This document shows positions 53,614-64,000 of a stretch of 64,000 bases of DNA, piece by piece. Origin of the DNA: Eledone cirrhosa (Eukaryota). The translations under genes and the position numbers were made by a program. The notes below the pieces were generated by a model. The model had not been told where the DNA came from, did no database searches, and saw only the letters and a list, made by a program, of their open reading frames with translations. Where the stretch lies: contig OZ024747.1 in the NCBI GenBank assembly GCA_964016885.1, positions 6,138,001-6,202,000 of the forward strand, written 5' to 3'. Numbering within the stretch: position 1 is the stretch's first letter; every line of letters begins with the position of its first letter.

Positions 53614-54535
53614 CGTGTGTCTATCTGTGGGAAAGGAAACCCTACCAAGAAACAACCATCATGCCACACTTACTGTGGAAAATACAACGGTTACAATAAG
53701 GGCACCCTAAAATCTAGAGTTTATCTAGAGTTTCAGAGGTAGAACATCACTAAAAACATTCAGCACTCTACTAGAAGATGAAAGAATTAATAAAACGCAA
53801 GTTGTTGTTGAGAATAACAACAATCCCAGGTAATGTTAGACTGCTGAAACTGGATTATTCTTGTGGCGTTACAATGTAACCTCAGATAAGCACCCTAATT
53901 CTCTACATACATAAATATATATTACTTTATTATATATTCTTGTCGATAGGCTGTGACCATTATTTGATATATATACATATTTATATGTATATATAGTAGA
54001 ACACTGGAGGGTAATATCCGTAGTAGTAGAGCACTCAGTCCATGGGACGAGTTTGGTAGAAGTTCCACAACAGTTAATTCTCGAAAATGGTGAATTAACT
54101 GTTGTGGAACTACTTTATATATCTACAATCATCATCACTGTTTAATGTCTATTTTTTTCCATGCTAGAATGGGTTATATGATTTGTCTCTGAGTGTAAAG
54201 GAGCTATAAGACTGGGCAGGGCTTCTGTACATTTTAAACCCAAAAGATGTTGGATGTTGTTTATCTTGATGCTGTTTCTTCATTGACATCTGATCATGGT
54301 GTAAGTTAGACTAGCTTATTCACCTGATGACACTGTTAATTAGGAGCTTATGATATCAATCACCATCAGATATTGATATATTGTTGAGTGATGTAGGTAA
54401 ATATTCTTTTGTCAGCATCTTACCAAAACTTGCTTGCCTGCTATCCATAATTCTAATTTTAGACCGTTAATTCCAACCCTAGTTCACCCCTAATTCCAAC
54501 CCTAGTTCTAACCCTAATTATAACACTAATTTACT

Positions 54536-54596
54536 AGACGGATTTTAACCATCGACCTAACAAACTACAGTCCTCTGCTCTACTGACTGAGCTATC
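54536..54596 (-). pseudogene. tRNA-Tyr(GTA)-derived pseudogene
   Basis: Minus strand GATAGCTCAGTCAGTAGAGCAGAGGACTGTAG..TTAGGTCGATGGTTAAAATCCG matches metazoan tRNA-Tyr. Acceptor stem, anticodon 3' strand and TTCG are damaged. Confidence 0.75.
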
Positions 54597-54619
54597 TACT
54601 GTCTTGTTGATATATGGAT

Positions 54620-54697
54620 ATTATATATAACTATATATATATATATATATGCAAAAGTTTTATTTAAGATTGTTGGGTTACGAGTAAATATTTTATC

Positions 54698-54767
<70 letters not shown>

Positions 54768-54896
54768 CTATATATATATATATAACTATATATATATATA
54801 TAACTATATATATATATATAACTATATATATATATAACTATATATATATATATATAACTATATATATATAACTATATATATATAACTATATATATA

Positions 54897-54945
<49 letters not shown>

Positions 54946-54951
54946 TATATA

Positions 54952-54983
<32 letters not shown>

Positions 54984-55086
54984 ACTATATGTATATATAT
55001 ATTATATATAACTATATATATATATATATATATATATAACTATATGTATATATATTATATATAACTATATGTATATATATTATATA

Positions 55087-55118
<32 letters not shown>

Positions 55119-55166
55119 ACTATATATATATATATTATATATAACTATATGTATATATATTATATA

Positions 55167-55198
<32 letters not shown>

Positions 55199-55200
55199 AC

Positions 55201-55232
<32 letters not shown>

Positions 55233-55261
55233 ACTATATGTATATATATATATATTATATA

Positions 55262-55296
<35 letters not shown>

Positions 55297-55297
55297 C

Positions 55298-55329
<32 letters not shown>

Positions 55330-55331
55330 AC

Positions 55332-55363
<32 letters not shown>

Positions 55364-55420
55364 ACTATATGTATATATATATATATTATATATAACTATA
55401 TATATATATATATATATAAC

Positions 55421-55454
<34 letters not shown>

Positions 55455-55483
55455 ACTATATGTATATATATATATATTATATA

Positions 55484-55552
<69 letters not shown>

Positions 55553-56585
55553 CTATATGTATATATATATATATTATATATAACTATATATATATATATA
55601 TATATAACTATATGTATATATATATATTATATATAACTATATATATATATATATATATAACTATATGTATATATATATATTATATATAACTATATATATA
55701 TATATATATTATATATAACTATATGTATATATATATATTATATATAACTATATGTATATATATATTATATATAACTATATGTATATATATATATTATATA
55801 TAACTATATATATATATATATATTATATATAACTATATATATATATATATTATATATAACTATATGTATATATATATATTATATATAACTATATGTATAT
55901 ATATATATTATATATAACTATATATATATATATATATTATATATAACTATATATATATATATATTATATATAACTATATATATATATATATATATTATAT
56001 ATAACTATATATATATATATATATTATATATAACTATATATATATATATATATTATATATAACTATATATATATATATATATTATATATAACTATATATA
56101 TATATATATATTATATATAACTATATATATATATATATATTATATATAACTATATATATATATATATATTATATATAACTATATATATATATATATATTA
56201 TATATAACTATATATATATATATATATTATATATAACTATATATATATATATATATATTATATATAACTATATATATATATATATATATTATATATAACT
56301 ATATATATATATATATATTATATATAACTATATATATATATATATATTATATATAACTATATATATATATATATATTATATATAACTATATATATATATA
56401 TATATATTATATATAACTATATATATATATATATATTATATATAACTATATATATATATATATATTATATATAACTATATATATATATATATATTATATA
56501 TAACTATATATATATATATATATTATATATAACTATATATATATATATATATTATATATAACTATATATATATATATATTATATA

Positions 56586-56617
<32 letters not shown>

Positions 56618-56942
56618 ACTATATATATATATATATATTATATATAACTATATATATATATATATATTATATATAACTATATATATATATATATATTATA
56701 TATAACTATATATATATATATATATTATATATAACTATATATATATATATATTATATATAACTATATATATATATATATTATATATAACTATATATATAT
56801 ATATATATATTATATATAACTATATATATATATATATATATTATATATAACTATATATATATATATATATATTATATATAACTATATATATATATATATA
56901 TTATATATAACTATATATATATATATATATATTATATATAAC

Positions 56943-56973
<31 letters not shown>

Positions 56974-57281
56974 ACTATATATATATATATATATTATATA
57001 TAACTATATATATATATATATATTATATATAACTATATATATATATATATTATATATAACTATATATATATATATATAACTATATATATATATATATATT
57101 ATATATAACTATATATATATATATATTATATATAACTATATATATATATATATATTATATATAACTATATATATATATATATATTATATATAACTATATA
57201 TATATATATATATTATATATAACTATATATATATATATATTATATATAACTATATATATATATATATATATTATATATAAC

Positions 57282-57312
<31 letters not shown>

Positions 57313-57352
57313 ACTATATATATATATATATAACTATATATATATATATATA

Positions 57353-57387
<35 letters not shown>

Positions 57388-57441
57388 CTATATATATATA
57401 TATATATAACTATATATATATATATATATATTATATATAAC

Positions 57442-57475
<34 letters not shown>

Positions 57476-58989
57476 ATTATATATATATATTATATATATA
57501 TATATATATATTATATATAACTATATATATATATTATATATATATATATATTATATATAACTATATATATATATATATATATTATATATAACTATATATA
57601 TATATATATATATTATATATAACTATATATATATATATATATATTATATATAACTATATATATATATATATATATTATATATAACTATATATATATATAT
57701 ATTATATATAACTATATATATATATATATATATTATATATAACTATATATATATTATATATAACTATATATATATATATATATATTATATATAACTATAT
57801 ATATATATATATATATTATATATAACTATATATATATATATATATATTATATATAACTATATATATATATATATATATTATATATAACTATATATATATA
57901 TATATATATTATATATAACTATATATATATATATATATATTATATATAACTATATATATATATATATATATTATATATAACTATATATATATATATTATA
58001 TATAACTATATATATATATATTATATATAACTATATATATATATATTATATATAACTATATATATATATATTATATATAACTATATATATATATATTATA
58101 TATAACTATATATATATATATTATATATAACTATATATATATATATTATATATAACTATATATATATATATTATATATAACTATATATATATATATTATA
58201 TATAACTATATATATATATATTATATATAACTATATATATATATATTATATATAACTATATATATATATATTATATATAACTATATATATATATATTATA
58301 TATAACTATATATATATATATTATATATAACTATATATATATATATTATATATAACTATATATATATATATTATATATAACTATATATATATATATTATA
58401 TATAACTATATATATATATTATATATTTATTAAAATAACAGATTAAAGTGTAAGCAAAGAATCGCTGCTTTCACCCTTAACAGGTTCTTCTGAAACTAAC
58501 AAAGTCAATCTGTAAACGCAGAAGTCGATATTTCAAAAAACGTTGCAACCGGAGGAAGACAGGAAGACGATACTTTGGTTCGTGGAAACGTTCGCTGGCA
58601 AAGAACGGGGAAAAACGAATAATACGTCATTAATAGGAGCGGGGAAAAACAATTACGCGCAAAGACAGCACCACGTTTATGGTATAAAAGTGGTCGTAGA
58701 CTAATGTTCTCATAGGTGGTTCATAGAGACGTTCTCTGGCAATGAACGAAAAAAACGAAGATAATACGTCATATGTGGAGCGTGGAGAACAATAGCACGC
58801 AAAGACAAAACCACGTAAATGGTATAGCAGAAGTCGTAGACTAAAATTCTAACTAGGAGACCGAATGAATCTCCGCAACAGAGTTAAGAACAAAGTAAAT
58901 AAATACAATAATATAACTATATATATATATATATATATAACTATATATATATATATATATATAGCTATATATATATATATATATATATA

Positions 58990-59021
<32 letters not shown>

Positions 59022-59620
59022 ACTATATATATATATATATATATAAAACTATATATATATATGTATATAACTATATATAACTATATATATATATAAAACT
59101 ATATATATATATGTATATAACTATATATAACTATATATATATATATAACTATATATAACTATATATATATATATATATAACTATATATATATATATATAA
59201 CTATATATATATATATATATATAACTATATATATATATATATAACTATATATATATATATATAACTATATATATATATATATATATAACTATATATATAT
59301 ATATATAACTATATATATATATATATATATAACTATATATATATATATATATATATAACTATATATATATATATATATATATAACTATATCTATATAACT
59401 ATATATATATATAACTATATCTATATAACTATATATATATATATATATTATATATAACTATATATATATATATATATTATATATAACTATATATATATAT
59501 ATAATATATAACTATATATATATATATATATTATATATAACTATATATATATATATATAATATATAACTATATATATATATATATATTATATATAACTAT
59601 ATATATATATATATAATATA

Positions 59621-59659
<39 letters not shown>

Positions 59660-59717
59660 ACTATATATATATATATATAATATATAACTATATATATATA
59701 TATATATAATATATAAC

Positions 59718-59750
<33 letters not shown>

Positions 59751-59752
59751 AC

Positions 59753-59785
<33 letters not shown>

Positions 59786-59787
59786 AC

Positions 59788-59858
<71 letters not shown>

Positions 59859-59900
59859 TATTTATATATATTATTTATATATATATATATATATATATAT
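54620..59900. repeat. (TA)n array punctuated by TAAC (27-33-bp period), interrupted at 58425-58910
   Basis: Direct reading. Fixed 27-bp unit over ~57970-58420. Confidence 0.95.
58425..58900 (-). mobile_element. Helitron-related non-coding fragment
   Basis: 58428-58540 is homologous to 24197-24310 of the Helitron (taaaataacagattaaa..gcaaagaatcgctgctttcacccttaac). Internal ~140-bp duplication. Confidence 0.7.
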
Positions 59901-59912
59901 CTATCTATCTAT

Positions 59913-60728
59913 CTAAGGCGGGTAAAATTCCCGAGATCCATGGACGAGTTCTCTCCAGCGGTCTCTGTCCCTCATTATCACTGCCATATCCTGCATCTCC
60001 AACAGACCAGTGTCTGTTCTTAGGGCATCAACATATGTTAACCTTGGTCTTCCTCTTCTAGTGTGTCCATGTAGGGGCTCCCAAAGGAGCACTGAGTGCA
60101 ATGTCAACTCTGGATGTCGGTGAGCATGTCCAGCCAACCTCAGTCTCCTCTGTGTCACTTTTGATCTGACTTTTGGGAGGCTCCCATACAGCTCTGAGTT
60201 TTTCATCCTCAGTGTATACTGATTAATGTTCAGAGCCATCCTCAGCATTCTCGTGTAGCACCCATCCACCATCTGAGTGAGTCTCTTGGTCATTGTCCAA
60301 GTCTCAGACCCATACAGCAGCACAGACTCCACTACAGCAATGAAGAGGCAGATTTTCAGGTCTCCACGAAGGTCCGACTTCCACACCGATCTCAAGCTGT
60401 GACACGCCGCCCAGGCCTTGCTCTTCCTCTCAACCACATCATCTTCCGTATTCCCAATCTTTGCTCCCAAATACAGGAAGTCCTCAACCAATTCCAGCGG
60501 CTTCCCGCCTACATTAGTGATCCCCTCTGGCTTCTCAACATTCTCTACCAGATATTTTGTTTTAGTCTCATTCATTCTCAGCCCCACACTCATCGACACA
60601 GTCTCAACCCCCCGCATCAAATCCTCTGCCTCCTTCACTGTATTTGTCACCAAAACTATGTCGTCGGCAAATTCAGCATCCGATACCTTTTTCGCCCCAA
60701 CTCTCCTGCTCTGAGCCGGTGCTACAGT
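59913..60728 (-). mobile_element. RTEX/RTE-like LINE, 5'-truncated within RT
   Basis: DAEFADDIVL, FLYLG, VESVLLYGSETW, RRLRLAGH..RH, LLWEP.HG..RGRP. Embedded in (TA)n, with a microsatellite tail right after the stop. Confidence 0.88.
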
Positions 60729-60747
60729 AATATATATATATTTTATT

Positions 60748-60778
<31 letters not shown>

Positions 60779-60873
60779 TTTATTTAACTATATATATATA
60801 TATATATATTTTATTTAACTATATATATATATATATATTTTATTTAACTATATATATATATATATATTTTATT

Positions 60874-60909
<36 letters not shown>

Positions 60910-60926
60910 TTAACTATATATATATA

Positions 60927-62900
60927 CTAGCAGTTTAGCCCGGCGTTGCTCAGGTTTGTTCATTTGCTATGAAAAGTTACATACAGGTAAACGTGGTTTG
61001 AAAGCGAATAAGCTTATCAATTAAGTGCATAAAGCAGTTGAACCGGTTATTAAAAGTTACAAACCAATTAGCATTTTGGTCAATAGCGAATTTAGTAGAC
61101 CAAAGTTGCAAGATGGTGGACCTGATGCCGCTGGGTGTCAGATCTGTCCGCCATGGGATACCCTACCAGGAAATAGTGTTCCAGACGGCATAGCTCCAAC
61201 ACCTGCACCAACATCTATAGCACCTCTTTGTAGACGATATTGCGTGTCATCGTGCTCTTTACCGGGAATCTTCTCAATCAGCTGCTCGTTAATAAAATTA
61301 ACCATGGTATTTTTCGGAGCAAGGATGGCTCTTTCGCTGAGCCAATCGAGGTTTTTAAAGTTAGATGAGACATTAGGAAAAACTGCTTCCCAAAGGTCAG
61401 AAGGGCTGCTCACAATGTTGCACAGGGTGTCGATTGCTATGCCGCCCTTGTCATCCGCAGGGATCTTGCCCTCACCAAGTGCTAAAATGTTCTGTGCTGC
61501 AGACATGTTGTTACCATGCAAATGAGCACGCATATTTGTGCTCAGGTACAAACTATTCACCTGGAGCCACAACATGGACGACTTAAGACAGGCACGCACT
61601 TCATCAGCTCTTGTCCATTTGGGGATGACAGGCAGCGTTTTCCGAAAATCCCCTGATAGCAGAAGGGTTACGCCACCCATAGGAGCCGTAGAATCCCTAA
61701 TGTCTTTCCAGGCTCTGTCCAATGCCTCAAGGACACCCTTGTGTGCCATTGTGCACTCATCCCAAACAATGAGGCAACATTTTTGAGAACCAGAGCTTTG
61801 TTTGAACTCTTGCTGATATTGCATGTTGGTGTCTCAGTTTTTACTAAATCCAAAGGGAGTTTAAAGGTTGAATGTGTTGTCCTGCCTCCCGGCAGCAAAG
61901 TAGCAGCGATCCCGGACGATGCAACGGACAACGCAACTTTTTTCTCCTGACGAATCTTAGCGAGAATCAATTCGTTACAAAAGTTTTTCCGGTACCCCCA
62001 GGAGCGTTTTTTATTGGGGGGATCCGGGTTTTTTTTTTTTTTTTGAACCTTGAGGTATAACCAGTCAGTAGTTCCTTCAAAGGGTCTGGCGGTTCCGGAA
62101 GAGGGGGCAATGTGACGTTACCGTTTAAGCACCACATTGCAGGTGGCTCCCCAGCCCACTGAGTAGCAGAGCGCATCGAGTAATTAACGTTTTGCTCATA
62201 CTTGAAAGCCCGTAGGTGCCAGTAAGGGCTGTTGGGGCTCGTCACACCGCGTGCAGCTTCTCGCCGTCGACTGTTACGCTTGAACGTAGAACATTGGTCG
62301 TGTGGTTGGTGGGAAGGTCTGGCAGCAATAGCAGAAGCAACATTTGCAATGCTAATGGACCGCCCGTCTGCATCTTTAGAAGCCATGGAAGTAGTCATAG
62401 CCGCAGCGTCCGTAGGAAAGCGAGCTGTCCGTTGTTTTAAACGTTCCAAAGACCTGGAAGCAGCATTAGTCGCAGCGTTTCTAGCCAGGCGCTTCGACCT
62501 TTGTTCACGGCTCTCTGAAGCCCTGGAAGAAGCCTGGTATGAAGCCATTTTGGCTAGGCGTGCGGTGCGCTGTTGGAAACTTTCAGCGGCTCGACATTCT
62601 GCTGAACGTAAGGCTGTCTGTGAAAGTCTTGAAGCATTTTCCTCAGAGGACTCCTTTGCTATAGTAGCCTTTTGCGCCACTGCTGACGCGGTATGTCGAC
62701 TGGGGCGACTTCTCTTTTTAGGTGGCATTTTATGTCCAAAAGAAAGGGTGAAAGTTACTTCTACAGAAAAATTGACTTTGAAAGTCTACTGTCTATTTAT
62801 GAATATTGTTATTGTTGTTGTGATACAAATGTTAGTAAGTAAATTGGTATCGAAAAATAAAGGGTGAAAGTTACTTCAACATAAAAATTGACTTTGAAAG
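60927..62900 (-). mobile_element. Helitron deletion derivative (N-terminus plus Pif1-type helicase pieces)
   Basis: 3' end gagcaacgccgggctaaactgCTAG|T. Helicase motifs APGGTGKT, ASSGIAATLL.GGRT.HS.FKLP, IVWDE, LLSGDF, LSTNMR, RAILAPKN, NIVYKEVL. MPPKKRS N-terminus. Rep domain missing; 5' terminus not identified. Confidence 0.9.
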
Positions 62901-63060
62901 TATAAGGCTGATAATTGAATGTAAAAAGATTGATAAGAAAGCCCCCCCCCCCCCCCCCCAAAAAAAAATGTACAGGTATTTGTATGTATGTGTGTATGAA
63001 AGTGTAAGGCCGATGTGTGTGTAAATTAAGTGACAGGTATTTGTATGTATGTATGTATGT

Positions 63061-64000
63061 TTTCTCTTTCTCTTAATTTCGAGTATATTTTTTTGACCGG
63101 CCACCTTCCTGGTGGCAAGGTTGTAAAAGAAAAGAAATTGTCATCCCTTGAATCGCAAGAATGTTTTGCAAATCTTGAAGGTGCCAGCTATCGCAGCCAT
63201 TTGTAGACTATGAATTAGGGAGCTGCGCTTTTTGTCCGCAAATCCAAGTTCATTCATACTTTGGTCCAAGCGGGTTGGTATATAACCCGTAGCACCAATA
63301 ATGATGGGTATGAAGCTAAAGGTGTATCTTGGATACTGGATTTGTAAACTCCTCATCAATGGTCCGTAGATGTCCTCCTTCTCCTGTATTTTTCTGACAA
63401 CGTTTACATCAAGTGGGCAGCTGATCTCCACAACAGAACACGTTTTCAATGTGTGGTCCCAAACTACAATATCAGGCCGGTTGTGCTTTAATTTGGTGGC
63501 AGTTTTTATTTTCAGGTTCCACCAGTATTCCTTAGTGCCATCTGTCTCAATATATTCTTCCTCGTTTGTTGTTAATTTTGTTTTCCGAAGTGCGTTCCAG
63601 ATGGTTCTAGCTATCCCATCGTGTCTCGTGGGGAGGTAGTAGCGAGATGACATTCTTTCGCAGCTGGCAACAATGTGGCTTACATCCTCGATCTTTGTTT
63701 TACATAGCCTACATTTATTGTCAGCTGCTGGCCCTCCTCTTTTGTGCAGCAGATATTTGGTAGGGAGTTCTTGTTCCTGTATTGCATAGAGATATCCCTC
63801 AAGGTGTGATGTCATAAACCTGTCGGAACTCCATGCCAGGCTTTTTGAGTGGTTTATCCCCTCTATGGTCTGTGTTTTACGCCTCAAGTATCCATGCACA
63901 ACTTTTTCTGTAAATTGGTCAATTTTTTTATCTTGTTTGAACATTGAATAGGATCTTCCGATTTCTCTGGGTGAGAGATTTATATCAGGCTTTATTCCAT
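63061..64000 (-). mobile_element. RLE-type (R4/Dong/Rex6-like) non-LTR retrotransposon 3' end, continues beyond the window
   Basis: ORF 63141-63944 has CCHC knuckle CRLC..HIVASC, RHD, and PD-(D/E)xK nuclease NRPDIVVWD..VVEISCP..EK..Y. 3' UTR hairpin GCCACC/GGTGGC, then (CATA)n. Confidence 0.9.

Overview
Eukaryotic, AT-rich, microsatellite-saturated animal DNA. The SINE/LINE families and repeat load suggest an octopus or other cephalopod (inference). Most long ORFs in the track are translated tandem repeats. One host gene is clear: the last four coding exons of attractin (ATRN/ATRNL1-like, + strand: 24885-24963, 30419-30550, 37547-37700, 39814-39908), covering the TM end, the MASRPF motif and a C-terminal -CI. 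No upstream exons were found. The rest is decayed transposons (RTE LINEs including one with three C2H2 fingers, an RTEX-like fragment, an R4/Dong-like RLE LINE, two internally deleted Helitrons, SINEs, fold-backs), minisatellites and a tRNA-Tyr pseudogene. Highlights: a sense-strand type I hammerhead ribozyme in an attractin intron plus other hammerhead motifs; an AG|GTGAGT recursive-splice-like exon whose skipping would give an alternative tail ending in a PDZ-type -SKV; minisatellites born inside LINE/SINE sequence; and a ~395-bp palindrome.
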